From the sequence record LR746137: a stretch of DNA of 64,000 bases; one strand, written 5' to 3'. Origin of the DNA: Escherichia phage vB_EcoM_UP17. The position numbers and the translations under genes were made by a program. Positions 17,620 through 24,875 of the stretch are shown here, piece after piece (position 1 is the stretch's first letter; every line of letters begins with the position of its first letter). Below the pieces are notes generated by a model. That model worked only from the letters and a program-made list of their open reading frames with translations. It was not told the DNA's origin and searched no databases.

Positions 17620-17691
17620 GGCCCTGTAGCTCAATGGGAGAGCTGTCGGCTCATAACCGATAGGTAGCTGGATCGAAACCAGCCAGGGCCA
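17620..17691 (+). tRNA. tRNA-Met (anticodon CAT)
   Basis: Hand-folded cloverleaf: acceptor GGCCCTG/CAGGGCC, anticodon loop CTCATAA, T-arm GCTGG-ATCGAAA-CCAGC, encoded CCA. Confidence 0.7.
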
Positions 17692-17696
17692 CCAAC

Positions 17697-17768
17697 GTCT
17701 TTATGGTGTAATGGATAGCACAGGAGTCTTCTAAACTCTTAGTCAAGGTTCGATTCCTTGTAAAGACA
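17697..17768 (+). tRNA. tRNA-Arg (anticodon TCT)
   Basis: Acceptor GTCTTTA/TAAAGAC, anticodon stem GGAGT/ACTCT with loop CTTCTAA, T-arm CAAGG-TTCGATT-CCTTG, CCA encoded. Confidence 0.7.
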
Positions 17769-17967
17769 CCAGAACATTTTAACATGAATTAGCTCAAGTG
17801 ATTTGAACCCACTACTGATCATAGTGGCAGAGAATGAGGCAAGTATGTCAGACATTGTAAACAAAGGCCACGGTTACATTAGAAGATATAAATGCTCGAA
17901 GAGCACCGTTCGCTGAGAACGGGGGTTGGTGGAGTCACCATTCATGGTAAAATGTTTTAAAAAACTA

Positions 17968-17996
17968 TTGACAACTAACATTATTTTATGTTAGAT
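17968..17996 (+). promoter_or_regulatory. sigma70-like promoter (TTGACA, TATGTTAGAT)
   Basis: AAAACTATTGACAAC followed 13 nt later by TATGTTAGATTATAAG, 10 nt before tRNA-Ser. Confidence 0.45.
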
Positions 17997-18005
17997 TATA
18001 AGTAT

Positions 18006-18093
18006 GGAAGGGCAAATCGACGTGGTGACGAAAACGGTCTTGAAAACCGCCGAGCTTGAAAGAGCCTTGGGAGTTCGACTCTCCCTCCTTCCG
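18006..18093 (+). tRNA. tRNA-Ser (anticodon TGA), class II
   Basis: Acceptor GGAAGGG/TCCTTCC, anticodon loop CTTGAAA, long variable arm, T-arm GGGAG-TTCGACT-CTCCC, CCA encoded. Confidence 0.7.
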
Positions 18094-18101
18094 CCAGATT
18101 A

Positions 18102-18184
18102 GGTAGATTGGTGAAATGGTAGCCACGACAGTTTGCTAAACTGTAGTCGGAAACGGCGTGTAGGTTCGAGTCCTACATCTACCG
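18102..18184 (+). tRNA. tRNA-Ser (anticodon GCT), class II
   Basis: Acceptor GGTAGAT/ATCTACC, anticodon stem ACAGT/ACTGT with loop TTGCTAA, long variable arm, T-arm GTAGG-TTCGAGT-CCTAC. Confidence 0.7.
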
Positions 18185-18314
18185 CCAAGTTGTTTTTAAT
18201 GTAGCGTTGCGGCTACTTACTTTAGCAGAGTAAATCTTCGGCAAGTGGCGGTAACCACTTTACCGATACCGCATAGTCAGTAAGGCGAATACTGGCTACT
18301 TTAAAAACAATTTT

Positions 18315-18395
18315 GTGAGATTGGCAGAGTGGTCGATTGCGGGGGACTGTAAATCCCTTCTGAAAGGCGCGGTGGTTCGAATCCATCATCTCACA
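18315..18395 (+). tRNA. tRNA-Tyr (anticodon GTA), class II
   Basis: Acceptor GTGAGAT/ATCTCAC, anticodon stem GGGGA/TCCCT with loop CTGTAAA, long variable arm, T-arm GGTGG-TTCGAAT-CCATC. Confidence 0.7.
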
Positions 18396-18404
18396 CCAAA
18401 TTAA

Positions 18405-18487
18405 GATGAGTTGGCTGAATGGTTTAAGCGGCGGACTGTTAATCCGTGTTCGAAAGAACGATATAGGTTCAAATCCTATACTCATCG
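18405..18487 (+). tRNA. atypical class II tRNA, anticodon loop CTGTTAA (reads as GTT, Asn) with 15-nt variable arm
   Basis: Acceptor GATGAGT/ACTCATC, anticodon stem GCGGA/TCCGT, variable region GTTCGAAAGAACGAT, T-arm ATAGG-TTCAAAT-CCTAT; isotype assignment uncertain. Confidence 0.5.
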
Positions 18488-18497
18488 CCAGAATTAT

Positions 18498-18575
18498 GGA
18501 CTTGTAGAGTTAAGGTAAAACCTCCAGTCGCCAAGAGGCTTCTGGAATTGCAGGTATCGAATCCTGCCGAGTCCC
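18498..18575 (+). pseudogene. degenerate tRNA-like element
   Basis: Good 7-bp acceptor GGACTTG/CGAGTCC and T-arm GCAGG...CCTGC, but T-loop is 8 nt (TATCGAAT) and no canonical anticodon arm or CCA could be folded. Confidence 0.3.
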
Positions 18576-18581
18576 AGATTT

Positions 18582-18653
18582 GCTCCTATAGTATAATGGC
18601 TATTACAACGGTTTTGTAATCCGTGGATCTCTGTTCGATTCAGAGTGGGAGCA
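18582..18653 (+). tRNA. tRNA-Thr (anticodon TGT)
   Basis: Acceptor GCTCCTA/TGGGAGC, anticodon loop TTTGTAA, T-arm CTCTG-TTCGATT-CAGAG, CCA encoded. Confidence 0.7.
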
Positions 18654-18929
18654 CCAACACAACATTAAGAGCACTGTGATTGATCGTCGTATCCTGTGCA
18701 CAAGGTCTGTTCGAAAGACAGTGTTCTTAGTATTGTGTTGATCACACAAAGAGTCACCTGAAACTTGACCGGAGTAGGGTTGGATGGGGCAAAAGAAGAA
18801 GCGGCTCTCCCATCGACAGCAACGAAGAATAATATTTGACTTTAGTTTTGTATTATTTTAAGTTAGCTTACCGAACGTAGGGCTAGTCACCCAACGGGAT
18901 ACTCGTCACTGTCCCACTCAATAAAACTA

Positions 18930-18959
18930 TTGACAACCAATAGTAAAATGTAGTATAGT
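18930..18959 (+). promoter_or_regulatory. sigma70-like promoter with extended -10 (TTGACA, TGTAGTATAGT)
   Basis: AAAACTATTGACAACC followed 13 nt later by TGTAGTATAGT, 11 nt before tRNA-Gly. Confidence 0.45.
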
Positions 18960-18970
18960 AAAGATGTAGG

Positions 18971-19041
18971 GCGTTCTTGGTGTAGCGGTAGCATTCCGTC
19001 CTTCCAAGTCGGCGGCACGAGTTCGATCCTCGTAGGACGCT
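18971..19041 (+). tRNA. tRNA-Gly (anticodon TCC)
   Basis: Acceptor GCGTTCT/AGGACGC, anticodon loop CTTCCAA, T-arm ACGAG-TTCGATC-CTCGT, CCA encoded. Confidence 0.65.
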
Positions 19042-19142
19042 CCAAATTATTTAATAAAGGGTTGCCAGAAAACTTTCTCTTTTACTCATGGTTTTCTCCT
19101 TCTCTCACACCTCTTCTGGTTGCCCTTCATTAAATGATTTAT

Positions 19143-19215
19143 TGGTTTGTAGTGTAGTCAGGTAGCACACGACACTTTGACTGTCGTAGGTTTGGTTCAA
19201 ATCCAGACAGACCAG
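19143..19215 (+). tRNA. tRNA-Gln (anticodon TTG)
   Basis: U1-A72 acceptor TGGTTTG/CAGACCA (as in enterobacterial tRNA-Gln), anticodon stem CGACA/TGTCG with loop CTTTGAC, T-arm TTTGG-TTCAAAT-CCAGA, CCA encoded. Confidence 0.65.
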
Positions 19216-19223
19216 CCATATAA

Positions 19224-19297
19224 CGGAATTTAGCTCAGTTTGGTAGAGCATACGCTTTGGGAGCGTAGGGTCGCAGGTTCGAATCCTGCAATTCCGA
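19224..19297 (+). tRNA. tRNA-Pro (anticodon TGG)
   Basis: Acceptor CGGAATT/AATTCCG, anticodon stem TACGC/GCGTA with loop TTTGGGA, T-arm GCAGG-TTCGAAT-CCTGC, CCA encoded. Confidence 0.7.
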
Positions 19298-19306
19298 CCA
19301 ATTTAA

Positions 19307-19377
19307 TGTTTCGTAGTTCAATGGTAGAACCCACGACTGATAATCGTGAGACACAAGTTCGATTCTTGTCGAAACAA
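19307..19377 (+). tRNA. tRNA-Ile (anticodon GAT)
   Basis: Acceptor TGTTTCG/CGAAACA, D-stem GTTC/GAAC, anticodon stem CACGA/TCGTG with loop CTGATAA, T-arm ACAAG-TTCGATT-CTTGT, CCA encoded. Confidence 0.65.
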
Positions 19378-19382
19378 CCAGT

Positions 19383-19452
19383 TTCCCGTTAGACTTACAG
19401 GATAAGAGTTCCACAGCTTATTGTGATGCTGGTTCGAATCCAGCACGGGATA
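19383..19452 (+). pseudogene. degenerate tRNA-like element
   Basis: Canonical T-arm GCTGG-TTCGAAT-CCAGC and 6-bp acceptor, but the anticodon region folds as CACAG-CTTA-TTGTG (4-nt loop) and no CCA is encoded. Confidence 0.3.
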
Positions 19453-19458
19453 CATAAT

Positions 19459-19534
19459 AGCGGGATAGAGGAGTCTGGTCGTCCTCGCCAGTTTCATATG
19501 CTGGAGATCATTGGTTCAAATCCAATTCCCGCCT
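19459..19534 (+). tRNA. tRNA with anticodon CAT (Met or lysidine-type Ile2)
   Basis: Acceptor AGCGGGA/TCCCGCC with mismatched 1:72, D-stem GAGG/CCTC, anticodon stem CCAGT/GCTGG with loop TTCATAT, T-arm ATTGG-TTCAAAT-CCAAT, CCA encoded. Confidence 0.6.
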
Positions 19535-19652
19535 CCAAATATCGCTTGCCAGCGGTATCTTTGAAGAACTTGCCTGGTTCCTTCTAAGATGGAGGGGTGC
19601 GACTCCTTAACGCACAATCATAATAAAGCATTTCAAATTAACAGTATTTATT

Positions 19653-19676
19653 GGCCTCCTTATTGGAGGCTTTTTG
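19653..19676 (+). terminator. rho-independent terminator closing the tRNA cluster
   Basis: GGCCTCC-TTATT-GGAGGC hairpin followed by TTTTTGC. Confidence 0.5.
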
Positions 19677-19684
19677 CTATCTAT

Positions 19685-19713
19685 TGAATAAAACTTGACT
19701 TATTATTTTTTAT
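19685..19713 (+). promoter_or_regulatory. sigma70-like promoter (TTGACT, TATGTTAAGAT)
   Basis: CTTGACTTATTATTTTTTATATGTTAAGAT about 30 nt upstream of the 19745 ORF. Confidence 0.4.
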
Positions 19714-19744
19714 ATGTTAAGATAAAGTTTAGGAGGATTTTATT

Positions 19745-20041
19745 ATGCCTAAACTAAAACGTGGTCGTGGAAGACCAACAGCCGAAATGCAACAGATTTA
19801 CGCAATGGATGCGGCGCAAGCAAGTGTAAAAGAATTATTTGCAGAGCATTATTTAGAAGCTATGCGGTATATTGTTGAACTTGTTAATGATAAGGATGCA
19901 GCAAAACCTCTCCGCTTCCAAGCAGCTAAAGCTATTAAAGAGCAAGTAGAAGAATGGTTAGAAGAACATTATGAAGCTATGGAAGAAGAAACCCCTGCCG
20001 TGCAGAATACAGATGACGTTCCTAAAAAGATCGTAATCTAA
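19745..20041 (+). CDS. small DNA-binding protein; possible terminase small subunit (98 aa)
   Basis: ATG behind TAGGAGGA; N-terminal AT-hook-like KRGRGRP; position upstream of spanins and large terminase; function not established. Confidence 0.3.
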   Translation: MPKLKRGRGRPTAEMQQIYAMDAAQASVKELFAEHYLEAMRYIVELVNDKDAAKPLRFQAAKAIKEQVEEWLEEHYEAMEEETPAVQNTDDVPKKIVI

Positions 20042-20090
20042 TCCCTCTCCTCTCTTGGGGCTTTGCCCCTCCTCCTTGTTATTTTTAACA

Positions 20091-20125
20091 CCCCTCTCCG
20101 AAAGGTTAGGGGCTTTTTTATTTTT
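20091..20125 (+). terminator. putative terminator
   Basis: CCCCT...AGGGG stem with 12-nt loop followed by CTTTTTTATTTTT. Confidence 0.35.
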
Positions 20126-20181
20126 AATGCTTGCAATTGTATATCCTTTTGTGATAAGATCAGATATGAGGAGGATAAAAT

Positions 20182-20352
20182 ATGCGCAATTTTGTAGTTA
20201 AAAATGATTTTAACCGTTCTTCTTATCATAAAGATAAAAAGAATGATTACACACGGGTTTGGAACTTGGAGGAAGAACTTTATGATGACAGAGAAGACGT
20301 GGGAAGAGATCCTAGCGGAGGCTCAACCAATGGAAGTGAAGAAGATAGTTAA
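20182..20352 (+). CDS. small acidic ORF (56 aa), not in track
   Basis: ATG 6 nt after GAGGAGGA; competes with the 20204 and 20282 frames, so the real gene here is unresolved. Confidence 0.2.
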   Translation: MRNFVVKNDFNRSSYHKDKKNDYTRVWNLEEELYDDREDVGRDPSGGSTNGSEEDS

Positions 20353-20402
20353 TAATGCCCCTTCTCTTCCTAAAATAAAATTTTATGAGGAAGCAGAAGA
20401 TA

Positions 20403-20795
20403 ATGAATCTAAAGACTAAAACTGTATTAGGTTTTGTTTTAATTGTTGTTCTTATTCTTACCGGAATGTTTGCTTATAACAAGATACGTGAGTCTGGCTA
20501 CAAAGATGGTGTTGCCTATCAAACGCAATTATATCAAGCAGCCCAAGCAAAAGCAAAACAAGATTTTGATGTTCTTCAAAAAAGAGCAGATGAAGAAAGA
20601 GCATTATTAAATACTCAAATAAACAACTTGTCTAAAAACAATGCACAATTAAAAGCAGATTTAGAGAAGAAGAAACAAACGATCAATGAGGATACAACGA
20701 ATTATGCAAAAACTAATTCTGGCAGTATGTCTTGCTTTGCCCCTAATGATGACGGGTTGTTCATCATCAACAAAAGTTTCCCCAGTTCTTATTGA
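20403..20795 (+). CDS. i-spanin (Rz-like inner-membrane spanin)
   Basis: Start taken at the internal ATG behind GAGGA; N-terminal TM VLGFVLIVVLILTGMFAY then coiled-coil periplasmic region; the o-spanin frame is embedded at its 3' end. Confidence 0.55.
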   Translation: MNLKTKTVLGFVLIVVLILTGMFAYNKIRESGYKDGVAYQTQLYQAAQAKAKQDFDVLQKRADEERALLNTQINNLSKNNAQLKADLEKKKQTINEDTTNYAKTNSGSMSCFAPNDDGLFIINKSFPSSY

Positions 20796-21030
20796 TGAGT
20801 GTAAGGCTGTAGCCATAGAAAAGGTTAAAGGTCCAGATTCGGACTTGATGGATAAAGTATCGACACCTGTGCCATACACTAAAAATCAAATTGCAAAAGG
20901 GGTTAGTAGATCTGAAGTTGTTAACAACCAAACTCAAAACAATGCTCTTTGGGAGCAAGATAGACGGAAGGTTTTAGGTTTACAAACATATATTAAAACA
21001 CTGCAAGAAAAAGGTATTATTGCTGAATAA
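20704..21030 (+). CDS. o-spanin (Rz1-like outer-membrane lipoprotein)
   Basis: Signal peptide with lipobox LMMTGC; starts inside the i-spanin gene in a different frame and extends past its stop. Confidence 0.55.
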   Translation: MQKLILAVCLALPLMMTGCSSSTKVSPVLIDECKAVAIEKVKGPDSDLMDKVSTPVPYTKNQIAKGVSRSEVVNNQTQNNALWEQDRRKVLGLQTYIKTLQEKGIIAE

Positions 21031-21039
21031 GGAGGGAAT

Positions 21040-23115
21040 GTGGCAAAGAAAAAGGCAGCAGGTAGTTTAGCTGGAGTAGATATTGAAGTAAAGGCTCAAC
21101 CAGGTAAACAGACTCTTGCAATGGATTTAATGCCAGAAGTTATGATTTATGGTGGTGCCGCTGGATGTGTTTCTGCTGAAACGGAATATCTTACAAAAGA
21201 TGGTTGGAGACAGATTAGTGAATATTCGGGAGAGGATATTTACCAATACAACCCTAAGAATAAGCGTTTAGAATTGGTAACACCTTATTTTGTAGAATAC
21301 GATTTAAATGGAGATAACCTATACAGAATAACAAATGGTGTAGGATTGTTCCAAGAACTTAGTATGGAACACCGTTTTGTATTCTATAAGAAAAAGAAAT
21401 CAAAGAAACATTTCGAGATTCTTGTAGGAGATCTTATTGCATTACAGCAAATAGGAAAACCCCTTCAAGGTTATGTAGAAAATCCATTTGGTAAACGTGT
21501 TCCTTTTAACATACCTGGTAAAAAGAGCACTTACTTAAAAATACACGAGGTTATTTCAACAGATGATAAGAAATATTGTTTTGAGACTCCAAGCAGCTAT
21601 ATTGTCTTTAGACGTGGCGATCACTGCTTCGTTACTGGGAATAGCGGCAAGTCTCGTCTGCTATTGCTGAAAGCTTTAAAATACGCCTACAAAGACCCTT
21701 TGTTTGGTGGAATACTTTTCCGTAAGAACACCACTGCTCACCGTAAACCAGGTGGTCTGTTTACAGAAGCAAAACGTTTGTATCTTCCTTTACAACCGCA
21801 CGTAAAAGAAAGTACAATGGATATCATTTTTGAAGCCACTGGTGGTGGAACTCTCAAATTTGACCATTTGGAAAATGATAACGTAACAGCAGAAACAAAC
21901 CATCAGGGTACACAGTATTCAATGGTAGGCTTTGACGAGTTAACCCACTTCACGCAATATGAAATGCTCTATCTTCTGGGACGTATGCGTTCAGAATCAG
22001 AAACAAGTTTCATGTTGTGCACATGTAACCCCGATGCAGATAGTTGGGTTTTGAATTGGGTGTTACCTTATCTTGATGAGGGTGGTTATCCTAGGGAAGA
22101 TATGTGTGGTAAACAAAAATATTTCATCATTGTTAACGATGAACCTGTTTTTGCTGACACGCCTGAAGAACTGAAAGAAAAATATCCAGAAAACTGTTTC
22201 ATGGAAAACCCTAATACAGGGGAGACAGTTGTTATTGAACCACAGACTTTCGTATTTATTGGTGGGACAATATTTGATAACCCAGAACTCATTAGGCTTA
22301 ACCCTAATTACTTAGCACAGCTTAAATCACAAACAGCGATCAAAAGAGCACAGCTTCTGGACGGTTGTTGGTTTGCACGTATCCAGAAAGAATCTTTCTT
22401 TCAACGTGAATGGTTACATAAAATATCTTATAAAGATGTTCCTAATAATCTTAAACTAATGCGAGCATGGGATAAAGCTGTTTCAGTTCCTACAGAAACC
22501 TACCGTTATCCAGACTATACAACATCTGTCAAAATGGGTAAAGACCAAGATGGTAATATCTACATCTTTGGCGACTATGATTATGATGCTGTGGATGAGA
22601 AAAGTAAAATTTTCGGAAGGTTTAGAAGACTACCTGGAGAAAGGGATAATCTGATTCTTAACCAATGCAAGATTGATGGACCAGAAGTTACAGTAGTGCT
22701 TCCTAAAGACCCATCTGGTGCTGGGACAATAGAATACACAGAGTCTGCAAAGAAACTTATTCTAGAGGGTTTTGTTGTTAAACCAGATGCTATGCCAGGT
22801 AACAAGAAAAAGCTTCAGCGTTTTATGCCTTTTAGTAGTGCGTGTCAAAACGGTTTTGTTTATATTGTTGAAGATTCTTTCCCTAATGTGGAAACTTTAA
22901 CCCACTTTTATAAAGAATTGGAATCTTTCAATGGTGAAAGATCTACAGCCACTATTAAAGATGACATTCCCGATGCTGCTGCTTCTTGTTTTAATACTCT
23001 GTCAAAAGAAAATACTTTCAAGGCAGTAGCTATCCCTGCAACAACAAATGCTCCTACAGGATACAGTAGAATGAACAGTGGATTTCACCAACCGTATAGT
23101 GTCCGTAAAAGATAA
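21040..23115 (+). CDS. terminase large subunit, with mini-intein in the Walker A motif
   Basis: GTG start behind AAGGAGGG; Walker A split as YGGAAG / intein / SGKS; Walker B MVGFDELTHF; CTCNP motif. Confidence 0.8.
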   Translation: MAKKKAAGSLAGVDIEVKAQPGKQTLAMDLMPEVMIYGGAAGCVSAETEYLTKDGWRQISEYSGEDIYQYNPKNKRLELVTPYFVEYDLNGDNLYRITNGVGLFQELSMEHRFVFYKKKKSKKHFEILVGDLIALQQIGKPLQGYVENPFGKRVPFNIPGKKSTYLKIHEVISTDDKKYCFETPSSYIVFRRGDHCFVTGNSGKSRLLLLKALKYAYKDPLFGGILFRKNTTAHRKPGGLFTEAKRLYLPLQPHVKESTMDIIFEATGGGTLKFDHLENDNVTAETNHQGTQYSMVGFDELTHFTQYEMLYLLGRMRSESETSFMLCTCNPDADSWVLNWVLPYLDEGGYPREDMCGKQKYFIIVNDEPVFADTPEELKEKYPENCFMENPNTGETVVIEPQTFVFIGGTIFDNPELIRLNPNYLAQLKSQTAIKRAQLLDGCWFARIQKESFFQREWLHKISYKDVPNNLKLMRAWDKAVSVPTETYRYPDYTTSVKMGKDQDGNIYIFGDYDYDAVDEKSKIFGRFRRLPGERDNLILNQCKIDGPEVTVVLPKDPSGAGTIEYTESAKKLILEGFVVKPDAMPGNKKKLQRFMPFSSACQNGFVYIVEDSFPNVETLTHFYKELESFNGERSTATIKDDIPDAAASCFNTLSKENTFKAVAIPATTNAPTGYSRMNSGFHQPYSVRKR
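21166..21642 (+). mobile_element. mini-intein (159 aa, no endonuclease domain) inside the terminase P-loop
   Basis: Starts CVSAET (Cys1, block A-like), internal SMEH (TxxH-like), ends DHCFVTGN followed by Ser; removal restores GGAAGSGKS. Confidence 0.55.
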
Positions 23116-23117
23116 TT

Positions 23118-23148
23118 GTTGACAAAAGTCACTTTAAAGTGTATTATA
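23118..23148 (+). promoter_or_regulatory. sigma70-like promoter upstream of portal
   Basis: TTGACA, 17-bp spacer, GTGTATTAT (TG-extended TATTAT). Confidence 0.45.
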
Positions 23149-23216
23149 ACTAGATAGGTGAGGTTGTATATAATACAGCCTTGCCTTAACGATTTTATAC
23201 CTGACTGGAGGAACAA

Positions 23217-24782
23217 GTGTCAACAGGAAAAAGAACGTACACTAAAAAGTCAGAATACTGGGACAAAGGTGCTGCAAATAAAGCTGCTCTCTCTCCAACA
23301 AAAGAGGCAGAGAAAGAGAAAACGTTACTCCTGTCACCTGAAATAGGAACGATCGGATTAAACTCAATCAAAGCATTTACGAATTTCATGCAACCTTATG
23401 AGACTCGTTTCCCAGAATGTATTCGCACTTTTAAAGAGATGGGTGAAGACCCTGATGTAGCTACTGCTCTTGACGCTACATATATCTTTGTAGATAGAGC
23501 ATTCTTTGATTTCAAGATAAAATACAATGTAAACTCGGCAAAGTCAAGAAAAGCTGCCAAGTTTATTGATTACATGTTACGCAATATGCAAGCCCCTCTA
23601 CGTCAATATGTTAGATCACTTTTGACATATAAGCAATATGGTTTTGCATTCGCAGAGAAAGTTTATGAGTTGGATGAAGATCCTAAAAGTCCTTACTTTG
23701 GGTATTGGCGATTGACCAAATTGGCTTTTAGACCACAAGACACTCTTCACATAGCTCAACCTTTTACATATTCGGCAGACGGACGTTCTATTCTATCTGT
23801 TAACCAGAATATCACCAATACGATGTTAGCTCCAGGTAATACAACTTTAGAAACTGGTATCAAAGAAATTCCTTTCAGTAAAGTTTTATTTGTTGGTAGC
23901 AACATTACAGAGAATAACCCACTAGGAGTTAGTCCGCTTTTAGCTGTATATCGTAGCTGGCGTGAAAAATCTCTTATTCAGGAATTTGAGGTTATTGGGG
24001 TATCTAAAGATTTAGGCGGTATGCCAGTTCTCAAGGTTCCAAGTGACATTCTAAACAGGGCATCTTTAGATCCTGCTGGGGATGAAGCACAATCTCTTCG
24101 AGTTCTCCAAGCCAACATCGCTAACCTGCACTCTGGTGAGCAAGCCTACATGGTATTGCCTTCAGACGTTTATGAAGGTACAGTGATGCGTCAATACGAT
24201 CTTGTATTCCAAGGTGTTGATGGCACGGGTAAACAGTTTGACACTCAAGCACTAATCAAACAACGCAAACTGGATATTTATAACCGTTTTGGTGCGGGTG
24301 TGTTGATTATGGGTGATGGTGATGCAGGAAGTTTTGCGCTTTCTGACAACAAACAAACACTATTGTCTCATTTTATTGAGCGAGATGTAGATATTGTTGT
24401 AGAAGCTATAAACTCTCAACTGATCCCTCAAACACTACGACTAAACAATATCTTCCTCTCTGATGAAGATATGCCTAAGTTTGTCAGTGGTGAAATGGGT
24501 GATCCTGATATTGAAGTAAATGCTAAAGCTATTCAGCAGTTGGTAGCCTCTGGTGCAATACCTTTAACCCCAGAAGTTATTAACGAGTTCCTTGAAAAAA
24601 TTGGTTTTGAATATCGCATCCCTGATGATATTGTTGCCAACAAAGAGAAATTCTTTGAATTCATGGATAACTATATGCCTGACAAAACTTCACGATCAGG
24701 AGATGGTTTAGCTACAGCAGGAACTGGAACATCTGATAGCATTTCTGCTTTAGATCCTTCAGCACAAAACCTGTCGAATTAA
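23217..24782 (+). CDS. portal protein
   Basis: 521-aa ORF directly after the large terminase; GTG start behind CTGGAGG; size and position typical of portal. Confidence 0.65.
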   Translation: MSTGKRTYTKKSEYWDKGAANKAALSPTKEAEKEKTLLLSPEIGTIGLNSIKAFTNFMQPYETRFPECIRTFKEMGEDPDVATALDATYIFVDRAFFDFKIKYNVNSAKSRKAAKFIDYMLRNMQAPLRQYVRSLLTYKQYGFAFAEKVYELDEDPKSPYFGYWRLTKLAFRPQDTLHIAQPFTYSADGRSILSVNQNITNTMLAPGNTTLETGIKEIPFSKVLFVGSNITENNPLGVSPLLAVYRSWREKSLIQEFEVIGVSKDLGGMPVLKVPSDILNRASLDPAGDEAQSLRVLQANIANLHSGEQAYMVLPSDVYEGTVMRQYDLVFQGVDGTGKQFDTQALIKQRKLDIYNRFGAGVLIMGDGDAGSFALSDNKQTLLSHFIERDVDIVVEAINSQLIPQTLRLNNIFLSDEDMPKFVSGEMGDPDIEVNAKAIQQLVASGAIPLTPEVINEFLEKIGFEYRIPDDIVANKEKFFEFMDNYMPDKTSRSGDGLATAGTGTSDSISALDPSAQNLSN

Positions 24783-24810
24783 AAATATTTAATATTTTTT
24801 AATTTTTCTA

Positions 24811-24839
24811 TTGACAAAACAACAAATATCCTGTAGACT
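24811..24839 (+). promoter_or_regulatory. sigma70-like promoter with extended -10
   Basis: TCTATTGACAAAAC followed by CCTGTAGACTA, same architecture as the 18930 promoter. Confidence 0.4.
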
Positions 24840-24875
24840 AAGATTTATGGGATATCTGTTTTTAAGAGGTTTCAA

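Noticed and set aside
17770-18005. Additional tRNA or structured RNA in the gap between tRNA-Arg and tRNA-Ser
   Set aside because: No acceptor/T-arm pair could be folded; the region contains only a promoter and mini-ORFs of 8-23 codons.
18222-18485. 87-aa minus-strand ORF in the track
   Set aside because: It lies across tRNA-Tyr and the atypical class II tRNA; the sequence is explained by tRNA structure and there is no RBS.
18405-18487. Ochre-suppressor tRNA (anticodon TTA) that might read through the in-frame TAA at 6729
   Set aside because: Placing TTA at positions 34-36 requires an anticodon stem with three mismatches and G at position 33; only the GTT fold has a proper stem.
18654-18970. 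Group I intron or small RNA in the 300-bp tRNA-free gap
   Set aside because: Only short hairpins seen; no recognisable intron elements can be confirmed by eye. Left unannotated; needs covariance-model search.
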